From: Saccostrea cucullata
Taxonomy: Eukaryota
Assembly: GCF_032062105.1 (NCBI RefSeq)
Contig: NW_026929552.1
Coordinates: 62,001 to 126,000 of the forward strand
Direction of reading: 5' to 3'
Length of the DNA stretch: 64,000 bases
The translations under genes were made by a program, and so were the position numbers. The notes beneath the pieces are model-generated. The model was given only the letters and a program-made list of their open reading frames with translations, did no database searches and was not told where the DNA came from. Positions within the stretch are counted from its first letter, which is position 1; each line of letters begins with the position of its first letter. This document shows positions 1 through 11,600 of this stretch, piece by piece.

Positions 1-59
1 AATGTTAGTTCATGATTTATACCCCGGTACACTAAATTGACGACAGATTTTTCTGTTAT

Positions 60-240
60 TTCCCGATAATGACAAAGAACTCACGGCAGGTGTTACCGGT
101 CGGCAGGGGATGCTCACTCCTCCATGGCACCTGATCCCACCTCTGATGTTTAGAAGTTCTGTGTTTACTCTGCTCCTATTTTTATTTTGTTTTATGGACT
201 TTGATATTGAATGCTGTTTTGTTATCTCCATATCCTTCAT
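60..240. mobile_element. Fragment of an interspersed repeat, family not assigned
   Basis: GC-richer block ctcacggcaggtgttaccggtcggcaggggatgctcactcctccatggcacctgatcccacctctg resembles a high-copy bivalve repeat end from memory. No second copy in the window. Confidence 0.35.
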
Positions 241-308
241 TAAAAAGTTGTCTGTTAACTTGTTCGTATTATGTGGATAAAGAGCAAATCATTATATAAA
301 TGTAAGAA

Positions 309-1608
309 ATGTTTAAGGGGATAAACATGACATTCAGGTTTCTCATATTGTTTTTTTTTTTAATTCCAAACTGCTGTCTAGGGCTTTTATTCCATGGTCA
401 ATCAAGTACTTCTAACTCATCGGCAGACGGACAAAATGGAAATAAACTCGATGATTCTTTAATTCACCAATTACTGGCAAAGGACATTGCTGCTCTTGAA
501 AATAAATTATCGGGACTAGCTCAGAAGGTTGCCACTTTAGAGCGGACTATTTACGACGATGAGATACAAAATTTTACACAGGAAATAAATAATATCAGAA
601 AACAGACAAAACTTTGTGAGCAAAAACTTCAGGCATACGAAGAACGAGAGGCAAACGACACAGTGAAGTGGCAGAATATCATGAACGTTGTGGACAAATT
701 TAAAGACCAAGTTCGTTACGCAGCAGTGTCTCTTTTGGATGTGAGTGAGAAAACCAAAGAAATTAATTCTTCATTGACCAGTGTAATCGGTAATCTTACA
801 AACTTACAAGGGGATGTATCTACTGTCCAGTACAATGTATCCAATCTTTTCAGCATCCTAAACAGTCTTCAGGTGCAACTTTCAGGTAAATTAGATATCC
901 TGGTATGTTTTTTCGCATAAGATAATTCACTTTCAATAAAATTTCAAAAATCTTTCTATACTACTTTGGCCTCAGGAAAAAGATGATTTCGGAGGACCAG
1001 TATTTTTACAATTGACCATTATAAGATTAATATATATAATGCATTCTTTTCACGATTAACGTTAGTGCTGTATATTACCCTCTTGTTTACACGTATTATA
1101 GGAGCATAATGATGTTCTTAACAGTGAACTCTTATTATTCAACATCCTAATTACTAGCAATTAAAACGAGGTATGATAATTTGTAATTTTTTATTTATAT
1201 CAGATTCTTCTAAAAAAAGTGGCCTTCAGCGCAGGAGTGAGATCTACTAATACTTCCTGGAGTAGCGGTATTTTGGTGTTTGATGAAATCATTTACAGCG
1301 TTGGAGGGGGTTATAGCCCGACTACAGGGGTCTTCACCGCCCCTACCCACGGGACCTACGCCTTCTATGTTAAGATTCAAGGTTATGTTGTCTACGATAT
1401 TCAAGTGGATGTCGTATTAAACGGGATAAGTAAGGCCAGATTGATGATCTATAACCTTGGTTCTATCAAAAACGACTACGAATCAACATCAAGCCTGGTT
1501 TTGCTTGGGCTCCAACACGGGGACAAGGTTTGGGTGAAACATTACTATGGTCAGAGTTATCACACACAGTACATTACTCTCACTATATTCTCTGGCTTGC
1601 TCATTTAA
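309..1608 (+). CDS. Secreted C1q-domain-containing protein (signal peptide, coiled coil, globular C1q), 2 exons
   Basis: Exon 1 from ATG 309 or 327: hydrophobic leader MTFRFLILFFFLIPNCCLG then heptad-rich coil, donor at 885/886 (or 872/873). Exon 2 1204-1608 after a CAG acceptor: VAFSAG...LVFDEIIYSVGGGYSPTTGVFTAPTHGTYAFYV...LQHGDKVWVK...FSGLLI*, classic gC1q motifs. Frame across the intron is ambiguous (see findings). Confidence 0.9.
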
Positions 1609-2244
1609 TTAACAAATTTTGTCAGTATTTTAAAATTAGGGCTTAAAAGTTCTACAGCTTACAACGAGGACTGCAGCAGTAGTATGCATTTATGCTGCAA
1701 AAGGTTTACATAACAAATGGAAAGTGAATGATTCTACCCCAGTGTGGTGTATATTTGTGTAATCATCATATTATTGGAAAGAAAAAAAACTTTGAAATAT
1801 TTTTTTTTGTGGATGCTTCCAATAATTCAAATATATTTCTATGTACATGTATTCACTTTGTAACTTTATTTTGATTGCCTATAATAATTTATCAAATTAA
1901 ATATGCTATATTACCTCTTAATTAAGCATTGATATTTAATTTTTGTAAATTATAAGAAAAATCAAAATTTAATTAAAGATTTATTTTCATGATATATCTA
2001 TACATACAAAGATCACAGTATTTGTAAACATGTATTATAAAATTCTTGCCAAAGACTTCAAAAACTTAAAATATACAAATGTATATTCATTAAATATGGG
2101 ATGCTTTACTTCTCAGAAGAAGGAAAAAACACTTTCAGAAATGTTCTCTGCTTTAAGAATATTGCAAAAATTTTTATTTTTCACTTTCTAGATGGTTAAA
2201 GTAAAAGTCCAGCTTCTTTAGTTTATATTTCATTAATTATATTT

Positions 2245-5200
2245 TTAATGGAGAAGTGCCTTTTTGATAAGGTCCTTTCTGTCTGGTGTCAGGGAGGTGG
2301 GGAATTCAATGTCAAATTCTATCACTAGATCCCCCTTCTTCTGGGGGTCTGCTGAAATTGGCATCCCCTCACCTGGGACAATCTTTGTGTAACCTGGCCT
2401 GAAAGGACAAATTGATAACGGTAATGAATAATTTTAAATGCTTGCGTTTTTACAGAAATATATTCTTTAAAAGCAAATTTTGAAATTTATGGATAAAGTG
2501 AAATATTATGGAAGAGACTGAAATCTATTTCCTTATATTGAACAGGAAATTAAGATACATAATGCTACTAAGAAAAATAGTTCACAATTGCATTAAAACA
2601 TTGTCTGAAAAAAAGGTACAAAATTTCAGTTCTTACTTGATAATGTCATTAATGGGGATGTGTAACACCCGTTCATCCAGGGTAATGATCTCCACTGTAC
2701 ATCCTGTCAGGGCTTTCCCCAGAGGAACCTTGGCTGTGTGGATAAGATTAATCCCCTGTCTACGGAATCGAGGGTGGGGTTTGTCTTTCACAATGAATAC
2801 TATATCAGCTGTAATTAAAAATCAAAGTTTGTATAAACACTAAAAAAATTATGCACAGTAAAAATTGTAACAAAGATCTGAAGACGTTTTTGCAAAATAA
2901 AAATTCATAATGAATATTCCAAAGAAATTGAAATATTAAAAATGATGATTGAAAAAAATATTTTTTAACTAAATTATTTTTAAATTTTTTCCAAATTAGA
3001 CAACAATCCAAATTAGACAACATTATAACAATTGAATTTCCTGAAAAGGACTGAAAATTTACATTATATGTGGAAAGATTATGAAATAGATACATATCAG
3101 ATTATGTCTTCAGTTTCATTGAATTTTTAAAAAGTTAATTGGACCATTCAACCAAGAACATTAAAAATACTGAGAAATGCTGTGATTATAAGAGCAATGC
3201 TGTAAAAGACTTTAAACTCAATGCTTTGAATTTTTGCAGACTTGAGACACATGCTTGTATGGTTAGCCTACCTGGGACATTGTTGGGGCCTTGGTCTCCC
3301 TCCTCAGGGAATGTGATTTTGGTTCCAGGCTTCCAGCCTTTTTTGACTGTGATGGTTAGAATTTTCTCTCTTATACTTGATGTGTGACCATCCTCATTCA
3401 TAACCTGCAATGTTAATCCAAGCATGAAAAAGTGGAATTTATCAAAGAAAACTATATTTGTGTGCAAGGAAGTTTTCTTATATAGCTATTTCTTCATCTA
3501 ATTTAGAGATTCTTTCTGTATTATAAAATATCCTTTAAAGTAATAAACAATCAAAGACTTCAGACACAGAAAATGTGTCAATTCTTTTAAAAAGACAATT
3601 TTATGCCTGACCTGATTTTCACTAAAGAGAATTTTCTTCTACAATGCAGATGTGCTAATTCACACTATCATATTTTGAATTAATGAACCTCATATGATTT
3701 ATAAACACTTCTTTATTTTAAAAAGTGTCTTCTCGAATGGTTTATTAAAATTTTGTCACTTTTGCATTGACACATAATAATTAAAATGTGTTTTATTTTA
3801 ATTTTCTAAAAGGAGTTAGAAAATGCAAATTGTGGAATGAAAAACATACATGTGCTACATAAAAGTAATGATTTCATACCCTCCTTGTGATTTTCATTTT
3901 CTTTGTGCATCCATGGAAAACTTCTTCTAGAGATAATACAAGGTCTCTTTCTATGGGTGGATCCTGCTTCTTTCTCCCTCTACCTTGGAGTCCACCAAAA
4001 CCCATACTAAGATCACCATCTACTCTGTCATAAAATTCTGAAAAAATCAACAACAAAAAATGAGATTAGACATTAATAGGCAAATATAGTGAGGAATGCA
4101 TTGTATATATATTACAAATAAAATACTAGTGCATGTTCAACTTTTTTGGGCCTAAAAGCAGTCAACGTAAATCAGTTTCGTCTAGAAAATGTCAATATGT
4201 CTACTTGGTAGACTACCCTACAAAATCTCTAGTACATATGCTATGTAATACACATATGGGCACCCCTTTATTTTTGGCACCCCCTTAACTTCAATTTTTT
4301 ATTGTATAACTTGTTTGTATAACCCTAAACAATTAAGTAAAGTTTTATATAAATTGTCATCAAAAAAAGGTTTCATGTGCATTAGATTTTATTTTTTTTC
4401 AATTTTTGACTATAAATATATACATATAAATGATATAATTTCAGATTAAAGAATATTAAATGAATTAAATCCCAACAAATATTTCTTCTTTAACATAAGT
4501 GTATCAAATTATATTTGATTACTATATGTTTATTGCTGTACTTCATACCTTGGAAGGGATTGTCACCCCCAAAGAAATCCCTGAACACCTTTTCTGCATT
4601 TCCATGGAATGTGTACCCTTGCGTCCAGGCCCCTGATTCCCCACTTCCCTGCGGAACACCATTTTTCAGACCTTCTTCACCAAACTGATCGTATGTGGCT
4701 CTTTTTCGAGCTGTAAAAAAAATATCATTGTTACTATTCCTTTATACATGTAATCTACAAAGTATGTATTCTGATGAAATAAAACACATAACCATTTTTT
4801 TTTCGTTTACCTAGCTTAAATGTATAGCTTAAGAAAATTATTGAATCATTCAAATGTATGGAAAATATGCTTAAAATAACAAGAACTTACGATCACTTAA
4901 AACATCATATGCCTCTGCACACTGTTTGAATTTATCTAGAGCATCCTGATCTCCTGCGTTTCTGTCGGGGTGATATTTCAGAGACAATTTTCTATAGCTG
5001 TGAAACAAAAAGATTTAAATCATTAATTTGCAAATCTGAAAACATCTAAATTACGACCATAAACACTGATAATATGACACCTTTTATCGATGTTTTTTGA
5101 GGGTAAGACATGTTCTGTCACCGGGTCATTCTCATCAGAAAGTATTTCTCAAAGTAAACATTTTTAAACGATTAAAAATAATAACACGTGGAAAAATAAG

Positions 5201-5300
5201 AATATCTAACTGAGTAAATAACATGTTCTTACTTTTTCTTGATGTCAGCATCTGTTGCACTTCTTGTAAGTTTTAAGATATCGTAGTAATCAACCCCCAT
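2245..5300 (-). CDS. DNAJB13: DnaJ homolog subfamily B member 13 (radial spoke HSP40, RSP16-like), 7 exons, 317 aa
   Basis: Exons 5300-5233, 4997-4891, 4710-4549, 4037-3880, 3404-3272, 2808-2637, 2398-2245; all GT-AG, 954 nt in frame. [34 protein letters not shown]...[10 protein letters not shown]...[22 protein letters not shown]...[31 protein letters not shown]...[29 protein letters not shown]...[30 protein letters not shown]. Confidence 0.95.
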
Positions 5301-5664
5301 GTTTACAATCTTTTCCTTCTTCTAACTTGTTTACAAAAAATGGCGGATCACATGGCAACATGATAGCACAACAAAAATAGCGTTGTTTTCGTAAAAAAAA
5401 TATTTGACAATTTGAAAGTGTCAACTATTTTATAACTAAACATGTAATATAATTTATATTTATTGAAATCTATTTTTAATTTATTTGTAGCATATATTAT
5501 ATTTTTAATTCAAAAGTCAGATTCGAAAATATGACTAACTTTAAAGGGTTTGGAAATCTCCGAGCAACAGCTTCAAACAGTATGGCCGAAAAGAAATGAT
5601 AAACTTTTCACGGGGATTTTTAAATTGATAAAGGTCATATGCTGTGAAAACATTCTTGTTCATC
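5301..5664. promoter_or_regulatory. Putative bidirectional promoter shared by DNAJB13 and CFAP47
   Basis: Only 364 bp between divergent ATGs. Forkhead motifs TGTTTAC at 5300-5306 and 5328-5334, YY1-like AAAATGGCGG at 5337-5346, X-box-like GATCACATGGCAAC at 5346-5359 and half-site TCTCCGAGCAAC at 5557-5568. Confidence 0.7.
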
Positions 5665-8600
5665 ATGGAGGGGGATGTTTCAGGAGTGAGAATATCCCCA
5701 CCTGTTGTTGAATTTTATGACACAGAACCAAATAACGTGCATCAATTAAATGTGACTGTAAAAAACATCAGTAAAACAAGCAAGAGCATTCGATTCTATG
5801 GACCAAAAACCAAGGTAAATGCTATCACGTAATAAATTACACAAAGAGCCCCTCACACTTGTAACAATCAAATTAATAACATTGGGGATTAGTAAAGACA
5901 TGTATTTATAATTTTATAGTATTTCCAACTGAGGGTAAAAAATCCCAACAAACCAATTGCACCGGGGTTATGTGTACCAGCCGTGGTAGAGTTTGAAACA
6001 ACTGAAGCAAAGGAAGTAAAAGACAGACTTGTAGTCACCATTGATGGAGATGTCCTAGAAATTCCTCTGATTGCGTATGTTTTGATTATATCTGTATATA
6101 CATATATATACATTAATTAAAACTGTCCTAATTTTATTGTGGTTGCATAATTTAAAATTAGTCAGAATAATCTAACTGTGTCTTGGTATAAGCCCTCACC
6201 ACAGTTAGAATACCTCCCATATACTCACAATGTTGCAAAAAAATGCTGAATCGCATCAAAATGATTTTGAAGAACACAAACGGACTTGCACAGAAAACAA
6301 AAACTTCCAAATTATAATAACAAACCTTTTTGAGGTTGTGAATGGCTTTAAACCTAAAGTGTAATCCAAATAAAATGAAAAATCAGCTCATTTTCTCAAC
6401 ATTTTTTTCTCGCTTCAAATTTACCTGCCATGTTTAATTCAGAATTACTCTAGCTTGATTATTTGTATTAAATGCACTTAGTTCGAGCTGTCGCCCGTGT
6501 TTATTCTGCAACATTGTGAATACCGATACACAAATTATAATTTATTGTTAAACCAGGTCCGAAGGAGGACGTTTATCATTTCAACGATAGAACATTCTAT
6601 CTACCCTAAAAAATATATGGGCTTATCTAAATATGAGCTGAAGGTTCAGTAATAAAGCTGAAATTGCTGACTATTGTTTAAATAATTCATTGATCTCTTC
6701 TAAATCAAATCATAATGCTGTTCCCTTGTCTTTTCAATTATTTGATTGTTTATTTGATTGTTTAAGTTTTAAAATGACTATTTCAGCTATCCATGTCAAC
6801 CTGTTTTGGAGATTGAGGAAGAAGTTTATTTTGGAAATTTAGTGGCCAACAGTAAAACCATATCAAAGGAAATATCATTATTTAACCATGGATCTAAAGC
6901 AGGAGAATTCAAGCTGAAGTATTCTGGGGACAAGCCCATTGCTATAATGCCCACAAGTGGATCAGTACCACCTAAAAGTGTGCAGCTGATCAAGGTATAT
7001 CAGGGAACCATGAAAGCAAAAACTTGTCTCTGTATACTAAGAATTTTTATATTTGTGGGTAATAATCAAATTAAATGAGACTAGTACAAAATATTAAATT
7101 GTAATCTGTATTTTGTCTCATCGTCCCTTAAGAAATAATCACATGCCTATACATACTTGAGAATGATTTTATCAATACACTTTTCTCTGCAGATTGAATA
7201 TGTTACAAAAGAAGCTGGGAAAATAGATGAAACAATTAAGTAAGTTCTTTCAATACTTTTTACCCATAGATCTTCCGAATTTTGTATGCAAAGGTTAAAG
7301 TAGCTGTGTTAATTGCGGAAATGAGATTATTTTGTAGAATTACCCTAACATTGCAAAGGATTTTTTACCATTTCTTCTGCATTCTACCACTTCTTTGCAT
7401 TTGTCATTAGTTGAGAAAGATATTTAGTGTCATTGATATAATAGAGTCATAGTATAAAACTGATTGTTTGTAGAGTTAAATTAGAAGGTCAGGAGACAAA
7501 ATCGCTGATGGTGCGAGGTGTTCTAGTGGACAGAGCGATTGAGGTTTTGTCCTTGGAGACAGAGGAGCCCTTAGGCTGTGTCAAGTTTGGTGAAGCCTAC
7601 TATGGCTCCGATAAAACAGAGTGTGCCATCCTCTATAACAATGGCCCGGAGGCTGTGAACTTCGTGGCAGTTCTAGATGAAGATGCTATTGCGCAAGAAA
7701 TGGTAATTTATAATTAACATTGATATCCATGATCTGCTCCTTCTTTAATCACATAACAAGTCTGACGTCTTCAGTAAAATTAGGATTTTTATTATCAGAT
7801 AGATAATAAAAAAAAGTATAATACATGTAGGTAAAAAAGTTTAATGTGCAAAACAATTATGTCTTATCCATACAATACTTTTCACAGTGAAAACAACTCT
7901 TTTAGCTCAGTTACAAACCCCCTTATAGTATATTAATATTAGATCTATCTGTAATCCACAGGGTGTTGATTTGACCCGCAGTACAAATGATGCTCTGGCA
8001 GATCAGCTGACTGAGGGGGAGAAGACTCAGGGCTGTACCAATGTCATCACCTCCCTCATCACTGCCATCCCTAACCAAGGCGTGCTCAAACCTTTTGAGA
8101 AAATCCCAGTGTTCTTCAGATTCAGCCCTAGGTAAAATACTGTGAACAAAATAAATCTAATGTCAAAGCAAGGTTTAAGCTTGTTTGAGGAGCTGTTTTC
8201 TGAATCTGATTTTTGTTCAAATTAAATTTAAACAAATGGATATGATTTTCTACTCAAGTCTCATAACAAATAACCAGAATTTACCCAACTAAAAGGTCAC
8301 ATAGAGATAAGCCTCATACAATATGATAAGAAGTTCTCATATATTCGATCAAAAGAAGGCTTTTCCCATTTTTGCTCATGCTTTGAACATCAATTTGTAG
8401 ATGGAATGCTTCAAAAGAGGGGTGGAAAAGCCAGGTGACCCCTCCTCCCAGGAAGGACTTTGCCTTGTTTATGCGAATACAGATCATAGGATCAAGCAAC
8501 TTGTCAGAGAATACCACAGGGTCAAAGAATACTAAAGATGGTAAGTTGTAACTTTTGACCACCCAATACATGTGAATTATGCTAAAACAATTAACATAAT

Positions 8601-11600
8601 TAAAATATATTTTGGTTGTTTTTCAGCTAAATATGAATATAATTTAAGATTTAATTTCAAATACTAACTAGTACTATTACATAAAGCAATGAAAAACAAG
8701 CCACCTTATTTCTGATATGTTTGTAACATTGTTTACATGTGTTACAGGGTCGATGGTGGAGGTAGCCATGACAGGTACAGCCCTCCCTGTCCTACTGACC
8801 ATCTCCCCCTCCTACAAGTTCAACTTTGGAGAATGCCAGGTGGGGGAACATGCTGATGTGCTGTGTACCATCAAAAACGAGTCCAGCGTCTTACCGGCCA
8901 TATTTCAGTTTAGGAAGATCGCGCACTTCCTCACGCATCCTGTGAACGGAAAGATTCCTCCCGGAGGGAGCCAGGATGTCATCTTCTCCTTCTCACCAAA
9001 TCAGATAGGTAGGGCATGCAGCATATAATCCAATGTGGAAATAATTTCATAAACATTTCTTGAAATTCTTGAAATTATATATTATTATCTTGTGCATTGT
9101 CACATTATAAAATATTGAGATATTCCATCAAATCACTGAAAAAAATTGAAACTACATCTTAGCTATTTAAGGCTATTCATAAACTCTCTAAAGACACCAA
9201 ATGTTATACCAAATCTCTAAAAAAGAAGATATTCATTTTAGCTTTCTTGATTAATAAACTTGTTAAAATAGCTATCAGATGGTTGCACAATAATTTTTTT
9301 ATTTTAGGGTCTTTTAAGCCAAAGCAGATGTTGGATGTGATTGGACATGTAGCGGATAATCAGAATCCGACCCTGGCCCACCTACAAGTCATTCACACCT
9401 ACCCCGTCATGTTCTCAGGGAGCAGTCAGCCCGTCCCTGTGGAGAGAAAACCCAGGTTTAACCCAGGTAAACACTGAAAATCACAACAACTAGTATCAAG
9501 TCTACAGTGAACTATTATAGATGTTGAATCAGTTAAAAGAGTACATACAATATTCCAACTTGGACTAAATTGAAATTTCACAGCACTGCAAAATTAAATC
9601 ACAATTGCTTTTAATTGATTTAAACCATATTATAGTCGAGGTATTTTAAATATAGTCATCCTAACTGGGCCTGCTATTTTGGCCCACTTTTTCCACAGAT
9701 ATCTTTGCACACTAATTTTGAAATAATTTGGTTGAACTTCCACGTAAACAATTACAGGACTCACTCCTTACATTAGTAATGAAGTAGGAATGTTTGTGGA
9801 CACTAAGATGTCTGAACTCGATGGCAGCCCCAGGAATGCAGTGGCTGGGGGACACAAAACTCAGCTGCACAAAGTGAGTTACTACGAGGACGACCCTGAG
9901 GCCAAGGTCGCGTTCCCGAATGATCGAGCACAGAGCATCCGACCAGAGCACAACAAATACAAGTAAGTCATCATAATCTTACTGGTAATTGAAAATAAAT
10001 CCCACTTAACAGGACGATGAAATGTGTGCTTAATGCATTTTGTAATATTTTAGGCTTGGTTAAAAAAGTCTGATATTGTAGATAAATTACTTTCAACCTA
10101 GTTGTTAAATTTTTTTAGAATATTGAAGATTACATAAAATACTCCTCTATTTGCTTGAACCCCTATATGCTTCAGAAGCTACTCTAAGATATCAATTTAC
10201 AACAATTACATCTTTAATTGATTTGGAAATAAATAAATCAGCCATATTTTTTAGCTCTACTGGTCAGAGACCAGAAGAGCTTATGCGATAGTAATGCGTC
10301 CGGCGTCCGTCCGTCTGTCTGTCTGTCTGTCTGTAAACAATTTTTCAAAATGCTACTCCTCCTACAGTTTTGGTCTAATTTCAATATAACTTGGCACACA
10401 AGTAGACTACACTAAGATACATAATTCTGTATATCGGTTTTTGATTTCGATGAACGGTGTTGCCGTGGTTACTAAAAATAGAAATTTCTGTGAAATTCTT
10501 TTAAAATGCTACTCCTCCTACAGTTTTGGTCTGATTTCAATATAACTTGGCACACTAGTAGACTACACTAAGATACATAATTCTGTTTATCGGTTTTTGA
10601 TTTCGATAAACGGTGTTGCCGTGGTTACTAAAAATAGAAATTTCTGTGAAATTCTATGAAAATGCTACTCCTCCTACAGTTTTGGTCTGATTTCAATGTA
10701 ACTTGGCACACAAGTAGACTACTTTAAGTTACATAATTCTGTGTATCGGTTTTTGATTTCGATAAACGGTGTTGCCGTGGTTACTAAAAATAGAAATTTC
10801 TGTGAAATTCTTTCAAAATGCTACTCCTCCTACAGTTTTGGTCTGATTTCAATATAACTTGGCATACAAGTAGACTACACTAAGATCCATAATTGTGTAT
10901 ATCGGTTTTTGATTTCCATGAATGGTGTTGCGGTGGTTACTAAAAATAAAAATGTCTATAAAATTGTTTCAAAATGCTACTCCTCCTATAGTTTTGGTCT
11001 GATTTCAATATAACTTGGCACACAAGTAGACTACACTAAGAACATAAAGAGACTTTATCAAGGATCATTATTCTATTTATTGCTGTTGTAAAGTTTCAAT
11101 TCCCAAAAGCTTAAGTACTTTTTTCTTCCTTTGCTATAAGTACAAACCAGTAGAGCTTCAGTCTCGACAGAGACTTCTTGTTTCAGCTCATATCTCTGCA
11201 TTTTCTTCAAGTATGCAGTATTAAAATTGATTAAACATTTAACCTGTGTATATTTATTTCAGGACGATTTTCACCCAGGCTGATAGGCACGTGTATAAGG
11301 ACCCAGACTACATGATGAACGCCGAGGAAGGCCAGGCCAAACACTCACACCGTGACAGCTACGTCATGATGCTACGAGAGATGAGACAGAAACGACTCAA
11401 CCGTATCAAAGCAAAGTAAGTCACCCATGACCACATACATCAGTTACATATACTATACAGTAAGGATATTGAATTAGTATAGAATCTTGATAAAAAATCT
11501 TATATTCTTATATTATTTTTTAAAGACTTTATGGGCAATTTTTTTGTTCACGACATCTTGACAATTTTGAAGATGTCAAGGCCTTGGCTTCATCATTTTA

